NCBI GenBank assembly: GCA_046498225.1
Contig: JAWOBF010000059.1
Location: forward strand, 8,900-72,899
Length of the DNA: 64,000 bases
Direction of reading: 5' to 3'
Source: Candidatus Aegiribacteria sp.
Lineage (GTDB): Bacteria > Fermentibacterota > Fermentibacteria > Fermentibacterales > JCC-6
Shown piece after piece: positions 44,177 through 53,052 of the stretch. The notes below the pieces were generated by a model. The model did no database searches. It saw only the letters and a program-made list of their open reading frames with translations, and was not told the origin of the DNA. Each line of letters starts with the position of its first letter. Positions within the stretch are counted from its first letter, which is position 1. Made by a program: the position numbers and the translations under genes.

Positions 44177-45370
44177 TCAGATTATGTCCAGCGCTTTTCC
44201 GCACTTCTCGAAGATCTCCAGGGCCTGATCGATCATTGGATCGGTGTGGGTAGCCATGTAGCTGGTCCTGAGCATCTCTCCTCCGCTTGCCACCGCCGGG
44301 CTCACCACTGGATTGGTGAACACACCCGACTTGTAGAGGCTCTTCCAGAAGAGAAGGGTCTGGACCTCGTCGCCGATGATGATGGGAACTATGGGAGCCT
44401 CTGAATTGCCCACGTTGTATCCCATGGAGGCCAGTCCCCGCCTGGCCCTCTCCGCGGCGTGATGCGACCTGGCCACCAGCTCCGGTTCCCGTTCAAGGAC
44501 ATCGAGGGCGGCTATCACGGTGGCCACCGCCGCGGGGGGAAGACTGGCGGAGAATATCATGGTCCTGGCGGTGTGCTTGATGTATTCCATGACCCGGGCG
44601 GGACCGGCGGCGAAGCCTCCCACGCAGGCGAATGATTTGCTGAACGTTCCCACCAGTATGTCGATATCGTCATGACACCCGAAATGCTCCGCAGTGCCCC
44701 TTCCCCTCGGACCCATGGCGCCCACGCCGTGGGCATCGTCCACTATGAGCCTTACGCCGAACTCCCTGCTGATGTCCACCAGGCCGGGAATGTCCGCCAG
44801 GTCGCCCTCCATGCTGAAGACTCCGTCGGTTACTATGACTCCGGGATGCTCCCGGTTGTTCTCCAGCATGTACCTCAGATGCTCCAGATCGTTGTGCCTG
44901 TATTTGAGCACCCTTCCGTAGCTCATCCTGGAGCCGTCTATGATGGAGGCGTGGTCCATCCGGTCGAGATAGATGATGTCGTTCCTCCCGGCGATGGTGG
45001 ATATCACGCCCATGTTGGACTGGAATCCGGTACTGAAGGTGATGGCCATCTCCTTGTCGAGGAACCGGGCCAGCTTCTGCTCCAGTTCTATATGAAGGTC
45101 CAGCGTGCCGTTGAGAAAACGGCTTCCGGTACAGCCTGTCCCGTACCTGTCTATGGCCTCTCTGGCACTGGCCATCACTTCCGGATGGTCTGTCAGCCCC
45201 AGGTAGTTGTTGGAGCCCAGCATGATGATGCTGTGGCCCTCTATCTCCATCTCCGCCCCCACATGCCCGCTCAGGGGAACGAAATATGGGTACAGGCCGG
45301 CTTTCTGGACCTTGTCCAGTCTCTCGTAGTCAAAACACTTCTGAAAGACGTCATTCGGCGATAGGATCAT
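44177..45370 (-). CDS. PLP-dependent alpha-oxoamine synthase (serine palmitoyltransferase / BioF / Kbl family)
   Basis: GSNNYLGL, IVDDAHGVGAMGPRGRG and VGTFSKSFACVGG (PLP lysine). Confidence 0.85.
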   Translation of the reverse strand: MILSPNDVFQKCFDYERLDKVQKAGLYPYFVPLSGHVGAEMEIEGHSIIMLGSNNYLGLTDHPEVMASAREAIDRYGTGCTGSRFLNGTLDLHIELEQKLARFLDKEMAITFSTGFQSNMGVISTIAGRNDIIYLDRMDHASIIDGSRMSYGRVLKYRHNDLEHLRYMLENNREHPGVIVTDGVFSMEGDLADIPGLVDISREFGVRLIVDDAHGVGAMGPRGRGTAEHFGCHDDIDILVGTFSKSFACVGGFAAGPARVMEYIKHTARTMIFSASLPPAAVATVIAALDVLEREPELVARSHHAAERARRGLASMGYNVGNSEAPIVPIIIGDEVQTLLFWKSLYKSGVFTNPVVSPAVASGGEMLRTSYMATHTDPMIDQALEIFEKCGKALDII

Positions 45371-45456
45371 TAGTGCACCTTGTCAATAATTGAGTCAATA
45401 TGTAGCATTGCGCAAGAAGTTAATCAGGATACCCTCTGAAGTCAACGGATTCCGGG

Positions 45457-46395
45457 GTGGTTATGGGAACAACGGTCATCACTGGAGCTTCCGGCTTCCT
45501 GGGCAGCCACGTGGCCGAAACGCTCATTTCGGAAGGCGGAGATGTACTGGCCATGCTGCGCCCCACCTCATCCCCGGCCTTGGTTCCCGCGGGGTGCCCC
45601 ACCGCCCGGGTGGATTTCATGGACCCCTCTTCCATGGAGGAAGCCGTCTCGGGAGCGGGAGTGATCGTTCACGCGGCGGGAGCCACCAGCGCGGTGAGCC
45701 AGGAGGAGTTCGACAGGGCCAACGCTCTGGTGACCAGGAACATGCTGGCGGCACGTAATATGTACGCGAAGGATTCCCTTTTCATCTACATCTCCAGTCA
45801 GGCCGCCTCCGGACCTTCCGGATGCGGCCCCGTTACCGCCTACGGCAGGAGCAAACTCCTGGGTGAGCTGGCGGTGAAGGAGACGGGTAACTGGGTTATC
45901 GTTCGCCCTCCGGCAATCTTCGGACCGGGAGACCCGGCGTCCGCTCCGGTACTGAGAATGGCCCTGAAGGGCCTGTTCTTCTCACCCTGGATGAACAGGG
46001 GAGGGTTCTGCCTTGTCTTCGCACGCGACCTGGCGAGACTTACTGCGGACCTTCCCGACTTCCCGGATACCGTGGGAAAAACCCTGGAACCCTCCTACGG
46101 CAGACTCTATTCATGGAAGGATTTCCATCGTATACTGGAGAGGGCTTCGGGCAGAAGGATACTCCACGTGCGGGTGCCCCCCCTCCTGGTCCAGGCGGCG
46201 GGATTCATGAACGAGGCGCTTTCGTCCTTCGTGGGCAGGACGCCGTTCTTCTGCAGGGAAAAATGCAGGGAACTGCTGGCCTGCGGCTGGGAAGTGGAGG
46301 ATGGTCTGACCCGCCGTCTCACCGGATGGGAACCGTCCCTGACGGTGGAGGAGGCCATGGCCGAAACCCTGCGGTGGGTAGGGGGCCGCGGCTGA
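45457..46395 (+). CDS. Extended-SDR NAD(P)-dependent epimerase/dehydratase-fold reductase
   Basis: VITGASGFLGSHV Rossmann motif and YGRSKLLGE (YxxxK). Confidence 0.8.
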   Translation: MVMGTTVITGASGFLGSHVAETLISEGGDVLAMLRPTSSPALVPAGCPTARVDFMDPSSMEEAVSGAGVIVHAAGATSAVSQEEFDRANALVTRNMLAARNMYAKDSLFIYISSQAASGPSGCGPVTAYGRSKLLGELAVKETGNWVIVRPPAIFGPGDPASAPVLRMALKGLFFSPWMNRGGFCLVFARDLARLTADLPDFPDTVGKTLEPSYGRLYSWKDFHRILERASGRRILHVRVPPLLVQAAGFMNEALSSFVGRTPFFCREKCRELLACGWEVEDGLTRRLTGWEPSLTVEEAMAETLRWVGGRG

Positions 46396-46404
46396 AAGAG
46401 GGTC

Positions 46405-46896
46405 CTACCTCTTGTACCCTATTCTCCTGAGGAGTTCTTTCCGGTTCTGGATGTCCTCCTCTATCTCCACGGCCAGCGGGGGCTCTCCGTCGATTATCCC
46501 CATGACCCCTCCCCCCTGGTCGGTCCTGCCGACCAGGACCTGAACGGGATTAGCCGTGGCGCAGTATATTCGGCACACCTCCGGAACGGTCTTGACCTGA
46601 TTGAGTATCTGAATGGGGAAAACTCCATTGAGGACTATCATGAATGTATGGCCGCATCCAAGCCTGAGAAGGTTGTTTTCCGCAACCTCCCGGAGTTCCG
46701 CGCTGGTGCCGTCACTCCTTACCAGCCGCGGGCCGGAAGCCTCGGAAAAGGCCAGCCCGAACTCGGCTCCGGGGACCGTACCGGCCACAGCTTCGTAGAG
46801 GTCCTCCACCGTCTTGATGAAATGGGACTGCCCCAGGATGATGTTGCAGCCCTCGGGAAAGTCCAGTCCAACGACGTCCATCACCGGTCCGTCCAC
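46405..46896 (-). CDS. Adenosine-specific-kinase-like (DUF355/PF04008-type) small protein
   Basis: NIILGQSHFIKTVEDLYEAV, FGLAFSEASGPRLVR, GCGHTFMIVL and CATANPVQVLV resemble this mainly archaeal family (from memory). GTG start at 46896 with an AAGAGGG RBS. Confidence 0.55.
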   Translation of the reverse strand: MDGPVMDVVGLDFPEGCNIILGQSHFIKTVEDLYEAVAGTVPGAEFGLAFSEASGPRLVRSDGTSAELREVAENNLLRLGCGHTFMIVLNGVFPIQILNQVKTVPEVCRIYCATANPVQVLVGRTDQGGGVMGIIDGEPPLAVEIEEDIQNRKELLRRIGYKR

Positions 46897-46972
46897 TCTT
46901 ATCCCTCTTTTCTGTATATTTAGTAATAAGAATTATTAATTTGATACAAATGCTAAAATGCAAGACCTGACC

Positions 46973-48409
46973 CTAGAATCTCCTTCTCTTTCTGGCGGGG
47001 GGTATGTTCATCTCGGCCCGGTAGTTGGCCACCGTCCTTCGCTTGACCTCCATGCCGGAGGCTTTCAGAGCCTCCACCAGCCTGGCGTCGGACAGGGGTC
47101 TCTTCTTGTCCTCCGAGTCGATTATCCTTCGAAGTTCGTCCTTTACGGTCCTGCTGGATATTTCCCCGGTCTCACCGGTAAGAGCCCTGCTGAAGAAGAA
47201 CCTCATTTCATGTATGCCCCGGGGGGACTGAACATACTTGCCCTTGATGGCCCTGCTGATGGTGGACTGGTTGTATCCCAGGGCGTCAGCCACCATCTGC
47301 AGCGTCAGAGGGCGCAGTCCCTCCAGGCCGTGTTCGAAGAAATCTCTCTGATAGTCGGCCAGGAAGCCTCCTATCCTGGTAACCGTCTCCTGCCGCTGTC
47401 TTATGGCCTTTATGAACCATGAAGCCTTCTGGTACTTCTTCCTGACGTACTCCTTCTCCCTCTCGCTGCTGTTCGGGGATTCCAGTATTCTCCTGTTCCT
47501 CTCGGAAATCATGAGGTGGGGAAACCTGCTGTCGTTGAGAACGGCTTCGTACCTGCCTTCTATCTCCATTATTATCACGTCTGGTATCACCGCCGCGTTG
47601 GAGGAGGAGGAGAACTCGTTGCCGGGCCAGGGGTTCAGGACGGATATCCTGTCCATGGCCTCCTGCACGGCGTGGGGTGATACACCTTCGGCCGCGGCGA
47701 TATCGCGGACCCTGCGCTCGGCCAGTTCGCTGAAATGGTCGGAGACTATCCGGTACTCCAGGCTTTCCCGGGAATAGCCCAGCTTTTCCAGCTGCATCTG
47801 CAGCGCTCCGGAAGCGTTCAGGGCGCCGACACCCACGGGCTCCAGCGAACGCACTATTTGCAGGGCCTTTCTCAGAAGGGCCGGATCTCCCTCCCAGCCG
47901 GTTTCCAGCTCGAACATGGGAAGGGAGAGGAGTCCGTGCCTGTCCAGGGAATAGACCATATAGACCACCGCCTCCTCCAGCTCCCGGGGAAGCCTCAGAG
48001 ACCACACCTGGTCCAGCAGGTACTGGTACAGTGTGGGTTCGTTGGGAGGTTCCGGCATCCAGGGTTCGTCATCATCCCGGTACGACCCGGTGTAACTGTC
48101 CCCGGAGTGCTCGTCCAGCCTTTTCAGGATGTCCAGGGTGTCATCCTCCTTGCTGTCGCTCCTGGATGGTTCCTCGTCCCACTGGTCCGATTCCCCGGAA
48201 TACTCATCCTCCCCGTCCGTTTTTCCCGGGACGTCATCGGGGCTCTTCTGCTCCAGCAGGGGATTCTCCTGCAGCTCCTGCCTGATCATGTTCTCCAGGT
48301 CCATGGACGGCAGCTGAAGTATCTCCAGGGCCTGCCTGATCTTCTGGGTAAGGGCCAGTTTCTGGGTCTGGGTCATCCTGATGTTCTGATCGAGCCTGAA
48401 CTCCGGCAT
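46973..48409 (-). CDS. rpoN: RNA polymerase sigma-54 factor
   Basis: N-terminal LAL(T)QKIRQALEILQLP, HTH LTLQMVADALGYNQSTISRAIKGKYV and RpoN box KRRTVANYRAEMNIPPARKRR. Start ATG 48409, 1 nt after the lptB stop. Confidence 0.9.
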   Translation of the reverse strand: MPEFRLDQNIRMTQTQKLALTQKIRQALEILQLPSMDLENMIRQELQENPLLEQKSPDDVPGKTDGEDEYSGESDQWDEEPSRSDSKEDDTLDILKRLDEHSGDSYTGSYRDDDEPWMPEPPNEPTLYQYLLDQVWSLRLPRELEEAVVYMVYSLDRHGLLSLPMFELETGWEGDPALLRKALQIVRSLEPVGVGALNASGALQMQLEKLGYSRESLEYRIVSDHFSELAERRVRDIAAAEGVSPHAVQEAMDRISVLNPWPGNEFSSSSNAAVIPDVIIMEIEGRYEAVLNDSRFPHLMISERNRRILESPNSSEREKEYVRKKYQKASWFIKAIRQRQETVTRIGGFLADYQRDFFEHGLEGLRPLTLQMVADALGYNQSTISRAIKGKYVQSPRGIHEMRFFFSRALTGETGEISSRTVKDELRRIIDSEDKKRPLSDARLVEALKASGMEVKRRTVANYRAEMNIPPARKRRRF

Positions 48410-48410
48410 G

Positions 48411-49163
48411 CTAGAGCCTGAACCTCTCTCCCAGGTAGATCTTGCGGGCTTCCGGATCCTCGGCCAGTTCATTGGCGGACCCGGATATCAGTATCCTTCC
48501 ATCGTACATTATGTATGCCCTGTCGGTAATCGCAAGGGTCTCCCTCACGTTGTGGTCGGTTATGAGTATTCCCAGGTTCCTGGCCCTCAGGTCCCGGACT
48601 ATGCTCTGAATGTCATCCACGGCTATCGGGTCGATGCCGGCGAAGGGTTCGTCCAGAAGGAGGAAGGCAGGGTCGGTGACCAGGGCCCTGGCTATCTCCA
48701 CCCTTCTCCTCTCACCTCCGGAGAGGGTATAGGCCTTCTGGTCCGCCACCTTCTCTATACCCAGGTCTGCAAGCAGGGCCGCCTGTCTCTTCCTCCTCTC
48801 CCGCCTGGTGAGCCCGGTGGTCTCCAGAATGCTCATCAGATTGTCCGCCACCGTCATCTTTCGAAAGACGCTGGATTCCTGGGGAAGGTATCCGATGCCC
48901 AGCCTGCATCGTTTGTACATCGGAAGGTTGGTGAGGGTTGTGTCGTCCATGTACACATCGCCTGAATCAGGTCTTATGAAACCGACTATCTGGTTGAACG
49001 TGGTAGTCTTCCCGGCGCCGTTGGGTCCCAGCAGACCTACTATCTCCCCCCTGCTCACCGAGATGGACACACCGTTGACCACGGCCCTCTTCCTGTATTT
49101 CTTCACAAGCTCCTCGGTCCTCAGTATCCCCGGGCCGTTCCCCGTCTTCTTCTCCCTGCTCAA
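48411..49163 (-). CDS. lptB: LPS export ABC transporter ATP-binding protein LptB
   Basis: [44 protein letters not shown] and [12 protein letters not shown]. Confidence 0.9.
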   Translation of the reverse strand: MSREKKTGNGPGILRTEELVKKYRKRAVVNGVSISVSRGEIVGLLGPNGAGKTTTFNQIVGFIRPDSGDVYMDDTTLTNLPMYKRCRLGIGYLPQESSVFRKMTVADNLMSILETTGLTRRERRKRQAALLADLGIEKVADQKAYTLSGGERRRVEIARALVTDPAFLLLDEPFAGIDPIAVDDIQSIVRDLRARNLGILITDHNVRETLAITDRAYIMYDGRILISGSANELAEDPEARKIYLGERFRL

Positions 49164-50215
49164 AGGCTGCCTCCAAGATAGCTGTAAGTGCCTCTCACGT
49201 TTCCCGATACTATAACCTCCACCGCTTCTCCGTCCTGGAAGCTGATGCTCAGGCTGTTGCCCCTGACGGTATTCATCTCCTCCCTCTCCGCCGCCTCTCC
49301 ACCCGACTTCATTCGCAGGAGGGCCGAGCCTGTGAGCATCACCGAATCGGGGCTGCCCCCCTCGAACGCGAAGTAGGCTCTGCTGGATGAGAACCAGGTC
49401 TCGGCGGGCGGTGAGGGACCGGTGTCCAGGAAGTAACCGGACGCCCCACCCTCCACCCTTACCCAGAGAGGGTCGCCGCTGCTGTCCAGCTGGACTTCCA
49501 TCCAGTCACCGGAGAGCCTGCTCTCCTCGGATTCGAGAACCGGCGAGCCGAAGAACTCGAACCTCTCCTCGTCCCCGAAGTACCTCAGGTACTCCGAGGT
49601 AGAGATGAATTCCCTCGCGGGCATGAGGACGGTGGCGTTGCCCTGGGCCTCGGCGGAGTTGTCATCCGGGAAGAATTCCAGCCTGTCCGCCGTCACGGTG
49701 AGGCTGTCCCCGTCCACCACCCTTCTCAGGACAGGGTCCACGGTAATGAACAGGCTTCCCCTCGCACGGTCGTAAAGCGCGTACTGGCCCTCCACGTGTC
49801 CCACCGACGGGCCGGTCATCACCACATCCTCCCTGGCGGTGGCCTTTCCGGACTGGCGGAAATAGACTACTTCGCGGGCGCTGAGGACGGTGGAGCCGTC
49901 GGTGAGGACCACGTCCCCCGTCATGGTCACCATTCCCGCGTCCCTCACGTACTCCAGGTAACGGGACGTCCCGGTGAGGGTATCGGTGGTGACCCTGACG
50001 TCTCCGTAGAAACTGGCGTTTCCGGAATTCTGCCAGACGGTGCCGCTGTCGGAGGTCACGGTCACTTCCCCGTCGGTCACGGAAACGCTTCCCACCAGGT
50101 CTATTACCAGCTCACCGTCCTCCGCGCTGCGGCTGGTCGCCCGGTCGGCGGTGGTGGTGAAAACCCCGGCACCCACCAGCAGCAGCCAGCAGAGGAAGCA
50201 GGTGAGACTACTCAA
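49160..50215 (-). CDS. lptA: LptA/OstA-like periplasmic LPS transport protein, roughly double length (351 aa)
   Basis: Signal/anchor [19 protein letters not shown]. Repeated OstA_N-like beta-jellyroll strands (GDVRVTTD..., GDVVLTDG..., AREDVVMTG...). Positioned between lptC-like and lptB. Confidence 0.6.
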   Translation of the reverse strand: MSSLTCFLCWLLLVGAGVFTTTADRATSRSAEDGELVIDLVGSVSVTDGEVTVTSDSGTVWQNSGNASFYGDVRVTTDTLTGTSRYLEYVRDAGMVTMTGDVVLTDGSTVLSAREVVYFRQSGKATAREDVVMTGPSVGHVEGQYALYDRARGSLFITVDPVLRRVVDGDSLTVTADRLEFFPDDNSAEAQGNATVLMPAREFISTSEYLRYFGDEERFEFFGSPVLESEESRLSGDWMEVQLDSSGDPLWVRVEGGASGYFLDTGPSPPAETWFSSSRAYFAFEGGSPDSVMLTGSALLRMKSGGEAAEREEMNTVRGNSLSISFQDGEAVEVIVSGNVRGTYSYLGGSL

Positions 50216-50684
50216 GGTCCAGCTCCCCCGAATACACCGCCGTGAAATCCTCTTCTATGTCCACGCCCTCCACCGCGCCAAGACCGGTGTCCAGGTCCAC
50301 TCCCCTTCCGGAAAGGACGGTGTGTCCGGCTGAATCGGGTATTGTCAGCACCACCAGGCAGTCGCTGTGAAATATCTCCATGTCATCGTCCCAGATCATC
50401 TCCTGTGTCTCCAGGTGCCTTCCATCCTCCGTATCCGCAACCACGTCTCCCCATACTCTCATCAGGCCGGTACTCAGCTCCACCCTTCCCGAATCCCCGG
50501 TAAGTATAGTGGTGGGCACGTCCTCCTCGAAGAACGTGAGATGCACGCCGGTCAGTTCAAGGAGGCTGTCGCCCTCGATGTACAGGGCCATGTCGCTGAG
50601 CAGACGCCAGGACCTGCTGCCCCCGAGCGACTGGACCAGGGTGAACTCCTCCACAGTCTGGAGAGGTTCCCTGTCCGGGTCCAT
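50208..50684 (-). CDS. lptC: LptC-like protein. The N-terminal anchor is unresolved (see findings).
   Basis: Beta-jellyroll pattern (LELTGVHLTFFEED..., LTGDSGRVELSTGLMRVWGDVVADTEDGRHLETQEMIWD). Synteny lpxL-lptC-lptA-lptB-rpoN. Confidence 0.5.
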   Translation of the reverse strand: MDPDREPLQTVEEFTLVQSLGGSRSWRLLSDMALYIEGDSLLELTGVHLTFFEEDVPTTILTGDSGRVELSTGLMRVWGDVVADTEDGRHLETQEMIWDDDMEIFHSDCLVVLTIPDSAGHTVLSGRGVDLDTGLGAVEGVDIEEDFTAVYSGELDLE

Positions 50685-50700
50685 CTCAACCGGCTCGGAG

Positions 50701-51612
50701 CTACCGCAGGCCAGGAGCGCCGCCAGGACGGCGAGCCCAGCGCTCGTGTATCCATACCCACTGTTCGGGATCTTCGATCACCCACTCTTCTATTCTGGCT
50801 GTGAGGTCCTGTGTAAGCCTCAGGTACCCTCCGCTTTCCCGGTATTCGTCCAGCTCCAGGGGCCTGTCTATCTCCACCACGTAACGACGGTGGCCTTCCC
50901 TTGATATATGCAGGGTGAGGACGGGAATATCAAATCTCAGGGCCAGACGGGCGGGGCCCACCGGGGTCCTGGCGGGAAGCCCCAGGAATTCAACGAACTC
51001 GCTCTCCACGCCCATGGTGTCCTGATCTATAAGTATACCCACCGCGGTGTTGTCCCGCAGGGTCCTCATCAGCTTCGCCAGTCCGCCGCCCCTGTCGATG
51101 GTAACGGTGCCGTGACGGGACCGCAGGCCGTCGAGGTACTCCGCCGTTCCGGCCCGGCCTATCTTGCGGGTAACCACCCCAACCCTGTGGCCCAGGAGAG
51201 ATATGGACCTGGGAATCAGCTCCCAGGCCGAGTAATGGGCGGTGACGGCGATGACCCCCCTGCCCAGGGAGAGGGCTTCCGCCATGTATCGCTCTCCCCT
51301 TACCTCCACCTCCTTCAGGAAATCCCGGTCGGACCTTGAGTTGAGACGCAGGAAGTCCAGCACACCGGCGATCAGATGACCGTAGACCCTGTGCAGGCTG
51401 ACCTCGAGACCCATCGGTCGTATCACGTGTCTTCGGTTTATTCTGAATGTTTCCCTCGACCTTCCGGGGACCAGCGAGGCGACCCGGCCCAGAACGGAGG
51501 CCAGCGGGGCCACGGACCGGCGGGGAAGTCTGGACGACAGGAAAACAAGCATCCTCGCCATGGGCAGCTGAAGTCGGTGCCTTAGACCGCGGAATGGTAG
51601 ATGAAAAGACAT
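50701..51612 (-). CDS. lpxL: Lipid A biosynthesis late (lauroyl/myristoyl) acyltransferase, LpxL/HtrB family
   Basis: VTAHYSAWELI (HX4E/D acyltransferase motif), GILIDQD, and a C-terminal WVWIHERWARRPGG like the E. coli LpxL tail. Confidence 0.8.
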   Translation of the reverse strand: MSFHLPFRGLRHRLQLPMARMLVFLSSRLPRRSVAPLASVLGRVASLVPGRSRETFRINRRHVIRPMGLEVSLHRVYGHLIAGVLDFLRLNSRSDRDFLKEVEVRGERYMAEALSLGRGVIAVTAHYSAWELIPRSISLLGHRVGVVTRKIGRAGTAEYLDGLRSRHGTVTIDRGGGLAKLMRTLRDNTAVGILIDQDTMGVESEFVEFLGLPARTPVGPARLALRFDIPVLTLHISREGHRRYVVEIDRPLELDEYRESGGYLRLTQDLTARIEEWVIEDPEQWVWIHERWARRPGGAPGLR

Positions 51613-51617
51613 TCCGG

Positions 51618-52577
51618 TTACTTTACACCGGCCTGGAGGCAGTCGTGAAGGTAGAGCACACCCACGGGCACTCCATCACCGTCGGTAACCACCAGGGATG
51701 TAATGCCCCTCTCCTCCATCCTTGTCACCGCCACGGAGGCCAGCTCGTCGGGAGAACCGGTGACGGGCTCCCTTATCAGGACGTCGGCCAGAGCCAGGTC
51801 CAGCACGTTGGTCCTGTTCCGCATCAGCCTCCCCAGGTCTCCGTATACGAAGATACCGCTGAGCCTTCCATCGGTGTCAGTTGAGAAGCATACTCCCCTG
51901 TGGGCCGTCATTACGGCTACGGCATCCGAAAGCGGCGCGGATTCTTCCATCACGGGAAGCGGGCCGGAGTCCATCAGGTCCGACACCCTGGTGAGAAGCT
52001 TCCTTCCCAGGATGCCTCCGGGATGGAACTCCGCGAAATCCTCCGGGGAGAACTCCCTCACGCGAAGCAGCGCTATGGCCAGGGCGTCCCCCAGGGCCAT
52101 CATGGAGGTTGTGCTTGCGGTGGGCGCCAGGTCGTGGGGGCAGGCCTCCTTCATGCGGGGCAGGGGGAGTACCACGTCCGCGGCCCTGGAGAGGAGCGAA
52201 CCCTCTCCTCCGGTCAGCGCGACCACGGGTATGCCCAGCCTCTCAAAACATGGAAGCAGCTGGGCTATCTCACGGGTCTCACCGCTCTTTGACAGCACCA
52301 GGGCTGAATCGCCCTTCTGAATAAGCCCCAGGTCTCCGTGTATCCCTTCGGAGGGATGGAGGAAGTAGGCGGGACTCCCGGTGCTGGTCATGGTTGCGGC
52401 TATCTTCCTGCCCACATGACCGGATTTGCCCATGCCGCATATCACTATCTTCCCGCGTGTCTCCGCCAGTATCCTCACGGCCCTGGAGAAACCTTCCGCG
52501 GCGAGTCTGGCGGTCTGTCTTATCCATTCCGCCTCGATCTCCATCACCCTCAGGGCCTCTTCGTAGAGGTCATCCAT
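51618..52577 (-). CDS. kdsD: Arabinose-5-phosphate isomerase (SIS domain plus 2 CBS domains)
   Basis: KIVICGMGKSGHVGRKIAATMTSTGSPAYFLHPSEGIHGDLG, SKSGET and a C-terminal CBS pair. Confidence 0.9.
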   Translation of the reverse strand: MDDLYEEALRVMEIEAEWIRQTARLAAEGFSRAVRILAETRGKIVICGMGKSGHVGRKIAATMTSTGSPAYFLHPSEGIHGDLGLIQKGDSALVLSKSGETREIAQLLPCFERLGIPVVALTGGEGSLLSRAADVVLPLPRMKEACPHDLAPTASTTSMMALGDALAIALLRVREFSPEDFAEFHPGGILGRKLLTRVSDLMDSGPLPVMEESAPLSDAVAVMTAHRGVCFSTDTDGRLSGIFVYGDLGRLMRNRTNVLDLALADVLIREPVTGSPDELASVAVTRMEERGITSLVVTDGDGVPVGVLYLHDCLQAGVK

Positions 52578-53052
52578 TATCCAGTTCCTTCAGCAGCATG
52601 TCCACTACCTCCCTGACCGCGCCATTCCCTCCGGGTCTCTGCGTAACGATATCGCATTCATCCCTGACCCGGGGGTGGGCGTCGGAGGGACACGCTCCCA
52701 CCCCGGCCTCCCTGATGGCGGGAAGGTCCATGAGACCGTCGCCCATGAAGAGTGCGCGTCCGCAGTCGATGGAAAGATGTCGGCATATCCTTCTCAGAGC
52801 CCCGGCCTTCTCCGAACTGCCCAGGCAGAGGATGTCTATTCCCAGGTCCGCCGCCCTTCTCCTGGTGGCGGCAAAGTCCCTGAAAGATATAAGGGCAACC
52901 GGGAAGGACCTGCTTCGAAGTTCCACCAGCCCCGCGCCGTCGCTGGAGCTGAAGCGCTGGGTCACGCCCCCGGGCCCGTAGTGAAGAGCTCCGTCTGTGA
53001 GCACGCCGTCAACGTCCAGGGCCAGGAGCCTGATCCCCTGCAGGGACTTCAC
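52570..53052 (-). CDS. kdsC: Kdo-8-phosphate phosphatase (HAD-IIIA)
   Basis: LLALDVDGVLTDG and FMGDGLMDLPA. GTG start at 53052 after a GGAGGG RBS, forming a GTGA overlap with the kdsA stop. The longer track ORF (to 53379) would be read out of frame across kdsA. Confidence 0.85.
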   Translation of the reverse strand: MKSLQGIRLLALDVDGVLTDGALHYGPGGVTQRFSSSDGAGLVELRSRSFPVALISFRDFAATRRRAADLGIDILCLGSSEKAGALRRICRHLSIDCGRALFMGDGLMDLPAIREAGVGACPSDAHPRVRDECDIVTQRPGGNGAVREVVDMLLKELDNG

